64,000 nucleotides of DNA from Leptonemataceae bacterium (GCA_965227295.1 OZ245742.1:352001-416000); one strand, 5' to 3'. Positions 29,065 through 39,893 are shown, numbered from the stretch's first letter. Numbers and translations: made by a program. The notes: generated by a model from the sequence alone, not told the origin.

Positions 29065-30786
29065 ATGAAACTGAGACAGAACAACATCGAAAAACTCGAC
29101 GATCGCATCTTCGACGTGCTGATCATCGGCGGAGGGATCAACGGCGCCGTCAGCGCGTCGGCGCTCACTTCCCGCGGAGCCTCGGTGGCTTTGATCGACC
29201 GCGGAGACTTCGCGAACTATACCTCCCAGGAGTCTTCGAACCTGGTCTGGGGCGGCATCAAGTACCTGGAGACCTTCGAGTTCGGCCTGGTGCGTAAGCT
29301 CTGCGTGTCACGCAATCATCTCCTTAAGAACTATCCATCGAACATTAAAGAAATTCGCTTTTTCACCACCATCGCGAAAGGGTTTCGCTTTCATCCAGTG
29401 TTCATCTTCCTGGGCACCATGTTGTACTGGCTCATCGGCAATTTTTTTACGAAACCGCCGCGCTACCTCACCGCCGGACGCATCCACCGCGAGCAGCCAG
29501 TGGTCAAGACCGAGGGCACTGCCGGCGGCTTCGAGTACAGTGACGCGTTCTTGATCGATAACGACGCCCGTTTCGTTTTTAAGTTCGTGCGCGCGGCCCT
29601 GGACCACGGCGCCATCTGCGCAAACTACATCGAATCCCTGGGTTCGACCCGGGCCGTGGAAAACGGCGAAGAGATCTGGATCACCCGCGCCGTGGATCTC
29701 ATGTCCGGCCGTCGTTTCGATGTGCGTTCGAAGATCGTCGTCAACGCCTGCGGACCCTTCGTAGATCGGCAGAACGAACTCAGCGACGAGTCCACCGAAC
29801 ACCGGCATCTCTTTTCCAAGGGCGTCCACTTGATCGTGGACCGGGTTACGCCGGTGCGCACCGTACTCACGTTCTTCGCGGACGACGGACGACTCTTCTT
29901 CGTAATTCCCATGGGCGCCCGTTCGTGCATCGGCACCACGGACACACGCGTCGAGGAGTTGCCCGCCGTCGTAACCGACGAGGACCGTAACTTTATTCTA
30001 GAGAATGTCAACAAGCGCCTGAATCTCGCCACCCCGCTGAGCATCGACGACGTCATCGCCGAGCGTTGCGGCGTCCGCCCGCTGGTGATCAAGCAGCAGG
30101 CCGGCGGCGCCGGGGACACCGGAGACTGGACGGCCCTTTCACGCAAGCACGAGGTGGAAATCGATTCCGCGCGCAAACACATCAGCATTTTCGGCGGCAA
30201 ACTGACGGACTGCATCAACGTCGGCGACGAAATCGCCGAGGCGGTGCGGGACTTCGGCGTTACGATGCCTTACTACGACGTGAAGTGGTACGGCGAACCG
30301 GTGGGCGAACTGCGCGACGAGTACTTCCACCAGGCGAAGCTCATGGACGTGGACGCGCTCACGCATCCGAACTCGTCGGAAAAAATCAGCAAACGGCTGT
30401 GGCGGCGCTACGGCGGACGGGCCCTGGGCCTGCTCGAGGACATTCGCCGGGACCCGGGCATGGCGGAGGTCCTCATCGAAGGCACGGAGTATCTCCGTTG
30501 CGAACTGCATCATGCCGCGAAACACGAGATGGTTACGAAACTCGAAGACTTCCTGCGCCGACGTTCGAAGATCGTTCTGGTCGCACGCAAGCATAAGATT
30601 CGAACGGCGCCGGGACTAAAAGAGGCGTGTGAGATTCTCTTCGGCGCAAAAGAGGCGAGGAAGAAATTCGACGAGTACTTTCGCGAGACCTCGGAGAAAG
30701 GCAGGGCAGCAAGAAAATCCGCGGCGCGCAAAAAGCCGTTGTCTAAGACGCAGGGCCGGCGCCGAACCGCGCGTAAGTCTCAGTAA
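29065..30786 (+). CDS. glpD: FAD-dependent glycerol-3-phosphate dehydrogenase/oxidase
   Basis: DVLIIGGGING, TSQESSNLVWGGIKYL, KGVHL, IGTTD, GVRPL, GGKLT. Confidence 0.88.
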   Translation: MKLRQNNIEKLDDRIFDVLIIGGGINGAVSASALTSRGASVALIDRGDFANYTSQESSNLVWGGIKYLETFEFGLVRKLCVSRNHLLKNYPSNIKEIRFFTTIAKGFRFHPVFIFLGTMLYWLIGNFFTKPPRYLTAGRIHREQPVVKTEGTAGGFEYSDAFLIDNDARFVFKFVRAALDHGAICANYIESLGSTRAVENGEEIWITRAVDLMSGRRFDVRSKIVVNACGPFVDRQNELSDESTEHRHLFSKGVHLIVDRVTPVRTVLTFFADDGRLFFVIPMGARSCIGTTDTRVEELPAVVTDEDRNFILENVNKRLNLATPLSIDDVIAERCGVRPLVIKQQAGGAGDTGDWTALSRKHEVEIDSARKHISIFGGKLTDCINVGDEIAEAVRDFGVTMPYYDVKWYGEPVGELRDEYFHQAKLMDVDALTHPNSSEKISKRLWRRYGGRALGLLEDIRRDPGMAEVLIEGTEYLRCELHHAAKHEMVTKLEDFLRRRSKIVLVARKHKIRTAPGLKEACEILFGAKEARKKFDEYFRETSEKGRAARKSAARKKPLSKTQGRRRTARKSQ

Positions 30787-30845
30787 GACGCCCGGCACCT
30801 CAAAAAAGATGTAACAAATCTCCGGCGCCTGGATCATACTGACGT

Positions 30846-31535
30846 ATGATCGACCTCTACACCGCCGCCACCCCGAACGGACACAAAGTCAGCATCGTGC
30901 TCGAAGAACTGGGCCTGCCGTACACCGTGCACGCCCTGGACCTCATGAAGCGCGAACAAAAGGAAGACTGGTACCTCAAGATCAATCCCAACGGACGCAT
31001 CCCGTCCATTGTGGACCGGGACAACGGGGACTTCGCGGTTTTCGAGTCCGGCGCAATCCTCATGTATCTCGCCGAAAAAACCGGTAAACTCTTGCCCGGT
31101 GATGTTAAGCGGCGCAGCGAGGTGATTCAGTGGCTCATGTTTCAGATGGGCGGCGTCGGGCCGATGCAGGGCCAGGCGAACGTATTCTTTCGTTACGCAC
31201 CGGAGAAAATTAGTTACGCCATTGAACGTTATCAAAAAGAAACCCTGCGGCTCTACGGGGTGCTCGAAGCACGACTGGAATCTCAACAGGAACACGGTGA
31301 GGACGTGTATCTTTGCGGCGATTACAGCATCGCCGACATCGCCACGTTTCCCTGGGTCCGTTCTTATGCCTGGGCCGGCCTGCGAATCAAAACGCTGCCC
31401 TTGCTGCGGGCCTGGCTCACACGCATTGCCGCGCGGCCGGCGGTACAACGCGGCCTGGCCGTACCGGCCCGCCCGGGTACGGACGATGAAGACGGCACCG
31501 AGCAGATAAAGAAAGTCGGCCGCAGCATCATTTAA
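30846..31535 (+). CDS. glutathione S-transferase family protein (YfcG-like)
   Basis: [29 protein letters not shown]. Confidence 0.95.
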   Translation: MIDLYTAATPNGHKVSIVLEELGLPYTVHALDLMKREQKEDWYLKINPNGRIPSIVDRDNGDFAVFESGAILMYLAEKTGKLLPGDVKRRSEVIQWLMFQMGGVGPMQGQANVFFRYAPEKISYAIERYQKETLRLYGVLEARLESQQEHGEDVYLCGDYSIADIATFPWVRSYAWAGLRIKTLPLLRAWLTRIAARPAVQRGLAVPARPGTDDEDGTEQIKKVGRSII

Positions 31536-31553
31536 CGGAGGGTGTCGCGCAAA

Positions 31554-33680
31554 TCACAGGAGCGGCGCATCCACGACAATGCGCGGCCCGGGCATTCCCG
31601 GAGAACCCGGCTCTATGCGCAACTCACCGCCGATCAAGCCCGCACGATACCGCATCGTGCGCATGCCCATACCCGCCCGATCGTCGTAACGTTCCGACGC
31701 CGGGTTCAACGGCATCCCATCGTTTTCGATGCGCAGATACAGCATGTGATCACCGTCCGTAAGTTCGATGCGAATCTTTTTCGCCTGACCGTGACGACGA
31801 GCGTTGGTCACTGCTTCCGTGGCAATGTAATAGAGGTTCGTGGCTATCTCCTGATCCACGCGCTCCGGTGAATCCCCGGCATCGAGCACGCACTCGATTC
31901 CGAACAAGATCTGCACGGATTCACAGAGAGACATGAGCGCCGTCTCCAGGCCCCCGCTATCCATCGCCACGGGCGACAGTCCCCGCGCAAGACTGCGGGT
32001 GGTTTCCAGAGAATCACCGAGTAAACGACGGATCTTCTCCGCACGCTTTGCTTCGTCGGGCAGGTCGAGCCGGCTCAGACGATCGTGCAGGACGTCGACA
32101 AGATAAGATATGCCGGTGATTTGCTGACCCAGGCTGTCGTGTAAATCTCGGCCGATGCGCCGACGCTCGGTGTCACCAGCGCGAATGAGGTCGTGCTGGA
32201 GTTCTCCGAGATCCTGTTCCGCCTGACTGCGCGCGGTCATGTCGAGCAGCAGCCCGTCCCAAATGATGGCACCGGTTTCTTGCGGATCCGTTCCGGGGGT
32301 CGACTGTCCCTGGAGATAACGAATGCTGCCGTCACTCAGAACCACCCGCCCCTCCCAGACCCACGGCTGCATCGTGCGCGCGGATTCGATGAGGCTCTGT
32401 TCGAACGCAGACCGGTCGTCCGGATGTACAACGTCCGTGATGAGCGCGGCGTTTTCCATGATGTCTTCGGGAGCGAGGCCGCAGATGCGTCGGCAACCTT
32501 CGCTCACGAAGGGAAAAGACATGCTGCCGTCGGCGCTCAACCGAAACTGGAAGATCATGCCGGGGACGTTGTTCGTGAGCGCCTGGAACTGAAGCTCCGC
32601 CCGTTTGCGCCAGTCGATATCCTGGAGAGAACCGAAGGCTTTGATGGCGCGGTCGCCGTCGAACTCCACTTCTCCCTGGCCTCGTACCCAGATGCGCCGC
32701 CCTTGTTTGGTGATGAGCTGCAATTCCAGGTCCCAGGACTCACCGAACTTCCGCGCCCGATCCAGTATGTTCGCAATGATATCAAGATACTCCGCTGCAT
32801 AGAATCTAAGCCCCGATTCCACGTCCGGTGTATACTCTTCGGGAGTGGTCTCGTGAATGCGATACATCTCCGCCGTCCAGTAGACCTCCCCCGTGATGAA
32901 GTCCAACTCCCAGCCGCCGATGCGTGCGACGCGACTGGTTTCTTCCATGAGCGTCGTGATCCGGCGCAATCCGGTAATGTCCCGCGCGATGGCGTAGATC
33001 GCCTCCCCGGGACCGGCGGCCCGCGCCCGCCACTGTAAGGTGCGATACGTACCGTCCGCCGTGCGATAGCGGTTTTCGAAATCAAAGGTGCTGCTGCCTT
33101 GCGCCAGGTTCGCAAATTCGGCGTGGGTGGCCGTGCGATCGGCGGGGTGTACGAACTCCATGAACGGACGCGCAAGCAGGTCCTTGCTGCTATAACCGAG
33201 CGTTTTTTCGAACGCCGTGCTCACCACACGCAAGTAACCCGACGGGTCGGCGATGCACATGATGTCGCTGGATAGCTCGAAGAACTTTTGCAGATTGTGA
33301 GAAAGGACGTCCGGCTGATGCGGCGAGGGAATGACTTTCAACGAAAGCAGCACACCGCCCGGTAAACGAATCGCTTCCAGAGACTGCCACTGCATGCCCT
33401 CGGGCGCGGGAACCGGATGTTCCACCGTACCAACTTCCCGGGCACCGGCCAGGACTTCCTGGAGACCCTGCGCGTACTCCTGGTATATGCCGTTCACCGC
33501 GCGCAGGTCGTGCCAGAATTCCAGAATACTCTGCCCGGGCTTCGCCCCGGCGACGACCTCTTCGTTTTCCCACGCGGCGTTCACCCGAAGGATACGCCCT
33601 TCCGAATCGAGAAGGGCTCTGGAAACACTCGACTTAAGAAAAGAGGTCTCGAATAAATGTTCCTGGGATGCGAGTTCCAT
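31554..33680 (-). CDS. multi-PAS sensor histidine kinase (NarX/HisKA_3 type)
   Basis: Several PAS/PAC domains (VHPADR, VHPDDR); ERRRIGRDLHDSLGQ; EAVTNARRHG; GMGMRTM. Confidence 0.93.
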   Translation of the reverse strand: MELASQEHLFETSFLKSSVSRALLDSEGRILRVNAAWENEEVVAGAKPGQSILEFWHDLRAVNGIYQEYAQGLQEVLAGAREVGTVEHPVPAPEGMQWQSLEAIRLPGGVLLSLKVIPSPHQPDVLSHNLQKFFELSSDIMCIADPSGYLRVVSTAFEKTLGYSSKDLLARPFMEFVHPADRTATHAEFANLAQGSSTFDFENRYRTADGTYRTLQWRARAAGPGEAIYAIARDITGLRRITTLMEETSRVARIGGWELDFITGEVYWTAEMYRIHETTPEEYTPDVESGLRFYAAEYLDIIANILDRARKFGESWDLELQLITKQGRRIWVRGQGEVEFDGDRAIKAFGSLQDIDWRKRAELQFQALTNNVPGMIFQFRLSADGSMSFPFVSEGCRRICGLAPEDIMENAALITDVVHPDDRSAFEQSLIESARTMQPWVWEGRVVLSDGSIRYLQGQSTPGTDPQETGAIIWDGLLLDMTARSQAEQDLGELQHDLIRAGDTERRRIGRDLHDSLGQQITGISYLVDVLHDRLSRLDLPDEAKRAEKIRRLLGDSLETTRSLARGLSPVAMDSGGLETALMSLCESVQILFGIECVLDAGDSPERVDQEIATNLYYIATEAVTNARRHGQAKKIRIELTDGDHMLYLRIENDGMPLNPASERYDDRAGMGMRTMRYRAGLIGGELRIEPGSPGMPGPRIVVDAPLL

Positions 33681-33777
33681 GCCGGAGTCAAATCTTGCAC
33701 CGGTCGTCGTGAAAATGCAAGGAAACTTCCACGGATATTACCGTTCCATGACAACTCTAACAGAATTCCAGTAATTA

Positions 33778-35214
33778 ATGAAATCCAACTACTTTGTACT
33801 TTTGCGCGCCTTCCTTCCTCGCCGCCTGCTCGGCCCGGGTCTGATATTTCTGGGAGTTTGGGCATTGCTTTTCGGCGTCGCCTGGCTTTTGCCCCGCGCG
33901 GAGTACCAGGGTCGTGAAGTCCAATTCCCGATCCCGTACGATATCGCGATGCAGGGTGCCGATGCGGTCCGTGCCTACACCGACGACCCGGTATTATACT
34001 TCCACACGGCCCGGGCCCTGGAACCGTTCGAAGAATGGGAAGCGGCGCTGCAACTCTACGACGCGGCAATATTCCTGGTGGAGGAAGGTACAACGAATGC
34101 GTCGCAGTCCACGGAAGGACTGAGCCGCACCGAAACTATATTTCAGGCACGTCGCGGTGCTCTACGGTGTCTGCTCGCACTGGAGTGGCACGGCGATTTT
34201 TTGGAACGCATGTCCGGCAACGAACACTGGCGCACGGCGGCGAACCACGAAGCCCGGGCCCTGTTCTATCTTAAGACCGGGCGCTACGCACAAATGATTC
34301 CGGCGTTCCTGCGTTCACAGTTTGCGGATCGATATGCGTTCGTACCTGTGAGCGCCGCGCTCATGACCGGACTGTGCTGGCTCATCTTCGTCGTGCATCT
34401 CGGACGACTGCGGTTCAGCGCGGGCAACCTTGCCTTGAGCGCGGCGGCGGTGCTGCTGGGCATGCTCAGCGTCGCGGGCACCCTGGTGGTGCTCTTCGTT
34501 TCCGAGGAGTGGATCGGCTTCGAAAAATTACCGCCAACGATCATCGGAAACATGCTCCACATGGTTCTCGGCGTGGCGTTACGCGAGGAACTCCTGAAGC
34601 TGTTGTTTTTTCTCCCGCTCGTACCGCTCTTGCTGCGCCAGGATGATCTCAGCGTACTCGTTCTCGCCGCGCTGGTAGGGCTGGGCTTTGCCGTCGAAGA
34701 GAACGTGGGATACTTTACGGCCGGCGGCGGCTTCACCGTCATCGCGCGTTTTCTCACGGCGAACTTCTTTCACATGACGCTCACCGGTTTCGCCGGCCTC
34801 TATCTCGTGCGGGCCGTGCGCACGCTACCCGCCGCGCTACGGGGCCGCAGTCGTGCCATGGCCGCCGAGGCCTGGGGGGAATTCGGAGCACAGTTCGGCC
34901 TGGTGATCCTCCTGCACGGAGCGTACAACTTTTTACTCACGGATCACAACATCGGCGATCCGATGATCGCGATGATCGTGCATGCCTGGCTGGCGTATCG
35001 ATTTCTGGGTCTCGCGAAGGAACTCGGTGCCGGCGGGCGCCGCCGCATTCCCTTATTGAACGTGTTCTTCGGCGTCTGCGCGCTGAGCAGCGGCACTGCC
35101 TATCTCATGCTGGTACCGCTGCTCGGTCCCGTGCAGGCCCTGTTGTCCGTTTTCGAGGGCATGCTGGGCCTTGCCTTCGTGGCGATCGTGTTCGTGGTGC
35201 AAACCCAGGAATGA
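33778..35214 (+). CDS. PrsW family glutamic-type intramembrane protease
   Basis: REELLK, GLGFAVEEN, HMTLTG and HGAYNF motifs. Confidence 0.9.
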   Translation: MKSNYFVLLRAFLPRRLLGPGLIFLGVWALLFGVAWLLPRAEYQGREVQFPIPYDIAMQGADAVRAYTDDPVLYFHTARALEPFEEWEAALQLYDAAIFLVEEGTTNASQSTEGLSRTETIFQARRGALRCLLALEWHGDFLERMSGNEHWRTAANHEARALFYLKTGRYAQMIPAFLRSQFADRYAFVPVSAALMTGLCWLIFVVHLGRLRFSAGNLALSAAAVLLGMLSVAGTLVVLFVSEEWIGFEKLPPTIIGNMLHMVLGVALREELLKLLFFLPLVPLLLRQDDLSVLVLAALVGLGFAVEENVGYFTAGGGFTVIARFLTANFFHMTLTGFAGLYLVRAVRTLPAALRGRSRAMAAEAWGEFGAQFGLVILLHGAYNFLLTDHNIGDPMIAMIVHAWLAYRFLGLAKELGAGGRRRIPLLNVFFGVCALSSGTAYLMLVPLLGPVQALLSVFEGMLGLAFVAIVFVVQTQE

Positions 35215-35458
35215 GACTTCCACCGGAACCGCGCAGGTGTAGATCGAAAGCAAGAACAGCACGGCAACAAAAACGAGGCCGCCCACGGCCGTGGTGTAAC
35301 GCATAAGCCACCAATAACGAGTGGGCCGGCCGTCGTCCGGAAGCTCGGCCGGCTCGCGATTCTTTGCAGCCTGGCGGCTATCCCGTAGAGGCAGCCAGCG
35401 CAACAGGCCGCCGTCGTGTTCGTCGTCCCGTCGGCGCATTGTTGCTGCGATCTGAAAA

Positions 35459-35845
35459 TTAATTCGCCGGTAGTTGCTGCTTGATTTGAGCCTGAACGAA
35501 GTCCATGATTTCGTTCGCGGGAAAGTTTTGATCGGTGAAGGTTATTCCGGCCTGCACAACGATCTGCTTCGTACCGCCTACTTCCAGGCCCGTGGACTTG
35601 ATGTACAGCGTATCCAACTGCTTCTCGTCAACACCGGGGAATTCGTTGAGAATGTTCGCACGCAACAGAACGGGGTCGATGCCTTCGACGACCTTCGCGG
35701 CCAGGGCAGTGTTTTCTTCCGTGTTGTCGTACTGGTCGACGGTGACGTTGCGTTGGGACTTGTAGGTGACCGGTGAACAGGCGATGGCAAAGAACAGGGT
35801 CGCCGTCAGTAAGGCCAGGGTAATACGAAAAGGGTAAGGCTTCAT
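35459..35845 (-). CDS. hypothetical lipoprotein
   Basis: Lipobox FAIAC after a hydrophobic stretch. Confidence 0.72.
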   Translation of the reverse strand: MKPYPFRITLALLTATLFFAIACSPVTYKSQRNVTVDQYDNTEENTALAAKVVEGIDPVLLRANILNEFPGVDEKQLDTLYIKSTGLEVGGTKQIVVQAGITFTDQNFPANEIMDFVQAQIKQQLPAN

Positions 35846-35885
35846 AGCCGCAGTCTTGAGCGCGGCATGCTCCGGGCAACCGATT

Positions 35886-36998
35886 TTAGCGCCCCGTGCT
35901 CGATCCCGCCGTCTTCAACGCCAGCATGCCGCAGGCCCCGTCGATGTCTTTGCCCGGCGAACCGCGGTTGAACACGGTGAGCCCGGCGTCCAGCAGACGC
36001 GAACGGAACTCCACCACCTCGTTCTCCGAGGGGCGACGCCAGCCCATGAGCGTGGTGTTCAGCGGGATCAGATTGATCTTACAACGCACGGAGCGGCCGA
36101 TCTTGATCAGCTTCGCCAGATGATCGTCGCTCATGTTAACGCCGGGAATCATGACGTATTCGAAGGTGATGCGCCGATCCAGGGATTTCGTAAACTTACG
36201 CGCAACGGATATTAGCTTCTCCAGCGGGTGCTTTTTGTCGACGTCCATGATCTCCGCGCGCTGCTTCGGGTCCGGATGATTCAGGGAGATGGCCAGATTA
36301 AACGGCTCGCGATCCTGAATGAAACGTTCGATGGACGGGACGACCCCCGCCGTGGAGATCGTAATGTGTCGCGCGCCGATGTTCAGCCCCTCGGGATGGT
36401 GGAGCAAACGCGCCGCCTTAATGACGTTGTCGTAATTATGAAAAGGCTCGCCCATGCCCATGAAAACGACGTTCGTGTTCATCTCCCCGCGCCGGCGAAT
36501 GAGTTCGTAGACCTGCTCGACGATCATCCAGGGCGGCAGGTTTCCCAGGAAGGGCAACGTGCCCGTGGCGCAGAACGAACAGTTGAGCGTACAACCGGAC
36601 TGCGACGAGATGCAGACGGTTTTGCGTGCTTTCTTTTCGGAATCCGGCGCGCCGGCCTTGCCCGGCGGCGGGATGATCCACACCGCCTCCACCAGGCGGG
36701 CGTCGTTTTCTTCGGCGTCCCGGCGGCGGTCCCTGCCCGTATCGAAAACGATCTTCTCGGTGCCGTACTCGTCCCGCGACGAATGACGCACCGGCAGCTC
36801 CGGTAGCGCGTTCAGCTCCGTAAGTTTTACGCGCAGGTCCTTTGAGAACTCGGTGAAATCGTCGAGACTGGTCGCCAGGTGTTTGTTCACCCGGCGAAAG
36901 GCCTGCTTCGCGCGGAACTTCGGCTCGCCGAGTTCACCGAACAACGTTTCGAGTTCGGAAAGAGACTTGCCTTTTAGATTGTAAACGTCGCCGGCCAT
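35886..36998 (-). CDS. rlmN: 23S rRNA (adenine(2503)-C2)-methyltransferase RlmN
   Basis: CISSQSGCTLNCSFC radical-SAM motif, MGMGEP, DIDGACG. Confidence 0.96.
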   Translation of the reverse strand: MAGDVYNLKGKSLSELETLFGELGEPKFRAKQAFRRVNKHLATSLDDFTEFSKDLRVKLTELNALPELPVRHSSRDEYGTEKIVFDTGRDRRRDAEENDARLVEAVWIIPPPGKAGAPDSEKKARKTVCISSQSGCTLNCSFCATGTLPFLGNLPPWMIVEQVYELIRRRGEMNTNVVFMGMGEPFHNYDNVIKAARLLHHPEGLNIGARHITISTAGVVPSIERFIQDREPFNLAISLNHPDPKQRAEIMDVDKKHPLEKLISVARKFTKSLDRRITFEYVMIPGVNMSDDHLAKLIKIGRSVRCKINLIPLNTTLMGWRRPSENEVVEFRSRLLDAGLTVFNRGSPGKDIDGACGMLALKTAGSSTGR

Positions 36999-37060
36999 TG
37001 TTAATATTCAAAGAATTTCAGTTAAACAAAAACGCCCCGGATCATGAGGCAGTATTTTTT

Positions 37061-37170
37061 TGGGCGTTCCCCTCGCTGCGCTCGGGTCGCGCTCCTCCGG
37101 GCTCCGCTTCGCTGCGGTCTCGCCTATCGGCGAGACTGGCGCTGCGCGCCACCCTGCGGATCGCTAACGC
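37061..37170 (+). repeat. structured intergenic element, copy 1
   Basis: TGGGCGTT...GGGCTCCGC...ATCGCTAACGC with multiple hairpins. Confidence 0.75.
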
Positions 37171-37180
37171 ATAAGAATTG

Positions 37181-38296
37181 CTAAATCACGACCTGCGCCG
37201 GATCATCATTTGCTACCACTTCGCCGATCACCATCGGTTCACCGACGGCGTTGTCCGTGAAACACGGCGCCAGTTCCGGGACCGCGCGCAGCGTCGCAAA
37301 TCCCGCGCGTACTTTTGCGAGAATCGCATCCGCCTGTTCTCTCGCGACCGCCATTACCAGGCCGATGCCCATATTATACACGGAAAACATTTCACGATCA
37401 TCGATTTTTCCGCGGTCCTGAATGGTTGCGAACACCGGCGGCGGGGTCCATGCTTTGCGATCGATGCGCGCCAGTAAGCCGTCCGGCAGAATGCGCGGCA
37501 GGTTTTCGAAGAAACCTCCGCCGGTCACGTGAGCCAGGGCGCGCAGCCCGTGTTCCGCGGCGGCGCCGGAAAACGCATCGAGCACGTCCCGTATGCCGCG
37601 TTCATAAATAATCGTCGGCCGCAGTAGAATCTCATGCAACAGAAAGTCCCGGTCACGCGCGGCTTCCGGCAGGTGCAGACCATCTTTTAAGAACAACCGT
37701 CGCACAAGAGACATGCCGTTCGAATGCACCCCCGAGGACGGAACGCCGATCAACACGTCGCCGGCCTGTACGCGCTCCGGATCCAGCAAGCGCGCACGCT
37801 CCACAACGCCGGTGGTGAAACCGCCGAGATCGTAATCGTCCGGCGCCATGGTATCGGGATGCTCGGCAGTCTCACCGCCGGTCAATGCGCAACCCGCCGC
37901 GCGGCAACCGGCCGCGATGCCCTCGACGATGGCAGCCATGCGCGCCTGATCCAGCTTGCCGCAGGCAATGTAGTCCATGAAGAAGAGCGGTCGTGCGCCG
38001 GTGGCCAGGAGATCGTTCACACACATGGCCGTGAGATCGATGCCCACCGTCTCGTGACGATCGTAAAGTTTTGCCAGGTGCAACTTAGTGCCGACGCCGT
38101 CGGTGGACGAGACCAGCACCGGCTGCTCATAGTCTTTCAGCGCGGACGCGTCGAACAAACCGCCGAAGCCCGCGCGGTCCAACAACACCTCCGGACCATG
38201 CGTGCTTTTCACGGCCCCGGCGATGCGTTTGACGAAGTCACGACCGGCGTGCGTATCCACCCCGGCGTCACGGTAGGTCGTTGGTTTATCGGGCAT
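37181..38296 (-). CDS. purM: phosphoribosylformylglycinamidine cyclo-ligase
   Basis: YRDAGVD, STDGVGTK, GGETAEHP, SSGVHSNG, HVTGGG, NMGIG. Confidence 0.97.
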   Translation of the reverse strand: MPDKPTTYRDAGVDTHAGRDFVKRIAGAVKSTHGPEVLLDRAGFGGLFDASALKDYEQPVLVSSTDGVGTKLHLAKLYDRHETVGIDLTAMCVNDLLATGARPLFFMDYIACGKLDQARMAAIVEGIAAGCRAAGCALTGGETAEHPDTMAPDDYDLGGFTTGVVERARLLDPERVQAGDVLIGVPSSGVHSNGMSLVRRLFLKDGLHLPEAARDRDFLLHEILLRPTIIYERGIRDVLDAFSGAAAEHGLRALAHVTGGGFFENLPRILPDGLLARIDRKAWTPPPVFATIQDRGKIDDREMFSVYNMGIGLVMAVAREQADAILAKVRAGFATLRAVPELAPCFTDNAVGEPMVIGEVVANDDPAQVVI

Positions 38297-38317
38297 GACT
38301 GGAAACAATCGCGAAGC

Positions 38318-38427
38318 TTTCACCGCGGAGACGCAGAGCACGCGGAAGCTTGTTTAAAGACTTCGCACCACGAACGCTTACCGTCAACCGCACACCCTCG
38401 CAGCCCCTCAGCGTCTCTGCGGTGAAA
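38318..38427. repeat. inverted pair of CACCGC(A/G)GAGACGC repeats
   Basis: tttcaccgcggagacgcagag (38318-38338) matches the reverse complement of 38407-38427 at 19/21 positions. Confidence 0.75.
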
Positions 38428-38462
38428 AACGCTTCGATCGCCTCGGGGCAGCACTGTGCGCC

Positions 38463-39506
38463 TTATTCTTCCGCGCGGATGGTCGAGGTCGGAGCCGTCA
38501 CATCGACTTTGATGAGATACGTCTTCACTGTTTCGTTGCCCAGCGGATCGACGATGCGGAACGTGAGATTGTGCTCGCCGTCCTGGGGGAGCTTGACCGT
38601 GTCGCCCGGCTTCAGCTCGGCGTAGTTACCGTCGTCGATTTTGTAGTAGAGGCGGTCCTCTTCGTTGAAGCGGGGCACGCGCATGCCGTCGCGGTTCAGT
38701 AAGATGGGCTCGCCTTCTTTCGCGTGGGCGGAATCCAGCTCACGAATGACCGGGAGGGCCGGCGGCGTGGTATCTACATAATAACTGAACAGCAGCTTGC
38801 GCGTTTCGTTGCCGATGCGGTCGACTGCCTTGTACTCGATGACGCCGCGCCCGCCGTTATCGCCGGTCTGTTGCGCGAGACCGATGCTGCTATTGTACGT
38901 CTGCCACTCCCCGTCGCGACCCGGACGCCAGAGGATTTCTTTGACCCCGACGCCGATGGAGCCGTCGTTGCCGGTCAGCGCCAGGCGCGCTTTCGGGGCG
39001 ACGCCGCCGTCTTTGGTCATGGGCGTGCCGGAAAGCGTGGCCGTTACTTTGGGCGGAGTGCTATCGATAAGGATTTGCCGCGTGGTAACGCTGCTCTTGT
39101 TGCCGGCGCGGTCCACGGTGTAGTACTGAATTTTGTAAAAGCCGTCGCTTTGCAGGCGAACCACCTGATCGGGGATGCGGCGATACTCAGCGTCGTTGAT
39201 GCTCACAAAGAGGTCCTCGAAACCGGAGAGATCGTCCGTCGAGGTGAAACGCAGCACGAGAGACTTGCCGCCCGGCACGGAGTAGACCTCGACGCCGCCG
39301 ATGTTCTTGCCCTGAACGACGTCGCCGCCGCTGCCACCTCCGGAATCGTTGCCGCCGATGCGCAGCGGCTGGAGCGGCTGGTCGGCCTCGGTGTCTTTGA
39401 CCTTGCTCTGGCCGTCCTGAGCCAACAGGCCGCCGGCGAAAATGGCCGCGGCCAGCAGCACGAAGAGTACGGTGCGGTGGTCTTGAATTCGGAAAGATAA
39501 TGACAT
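38463..39506 (-). CDS. secreted protein with OmpL47-type Ig-like repeats
   Basis: Signal peptide; repeats YYTVDRAGN..IDSTPP, YKAVDRIGN..VDTTPP and FRIVDPLGN..VDVTAP. Confidence 0.75.
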   Translation of the reverse strand: MSLSFRIQDHRTVLFVLLAAAIFAGGLLAQDGQSKVKDTEADQPLQPLRIGGNDSGGGSGGDVVQGKNIGGVEVYSVPGGKSLVLRFTSTDDLSGFEDLFVSINDAEYRRIPDQVVRLQSDGFYKIQYYTVDRAGNKSSVTTRQILIDSTPPKVTATLSGTPMTKDGGVAPKARLALTGNDGSIGVGVKEILWRPGRDGEWQTYNSSIGLAQQTGDNGGRGVIEYKAVDRIGNETRKLLFSYYVDTTPPALPVIRELDSAHAKEGEPILLNRDGMRVPRFNEEDRLYYKIDDGNYAELKPGDTVKLPQDGEHNLTFRIVDPLGNETVKTYLIKVDVTAPTSTIRAEE

Positions 39507-39579
39507 AGATATCCTCAAAACTTGCGGGAAATCGCGTGTGAGAACACATTCACGCACGCTCAGCGGGTACGCAAGCAAT

Positions 39580-39795
39580 TCAGGAAATCTCCCGAGTTTC
39601 TGTGCGGGGGGCCCCGATTTGGAATCCGTAGGAGGCCTGGTCTTGCATTTCGAGGCCCTCGGCCAGTACGGTGTCTTCGAGGCGGGCGAGTTTCTTCCGG
39701 CATTTCTTGCAGCGGGCGATGTGCGTGCGATCGTCCCGGGACACTTCTCGCCCCAGGCTGTAGTTCATGATCACTGCTGGGTCCGGACAGGCCAT
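39580..39795 (-). CDS. small zinc-binding ZAS/zf-HC2-like protein
   Basis: MACPD...THIARCKKC (HxxxCxxC). Confidence 0.55.
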   Translation of the reverse strand: MACPDPAVIMNYSLGREVSRDDRTHIARCKKCRKKLARLEDTVLAEGLEMQDQASYGFQIGAPRTETREIS

Positions 39796-39893
39796 GTATG
39801 CTCAGTATCGGCGGGACATAAGAACCGCCAGGGGCTTTTTTTGACGCGGATGCGGGCGGTGGGGTTCGCGGGAAGTTGAGGATTGGACTCTTC

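Noticed and set aside
35053-35439. Small membrane protein on the minus strand
   Set aside because: It has one plausible TM segment but overlaps the PrsW 3' end by about 160 nt; support is insufficient.
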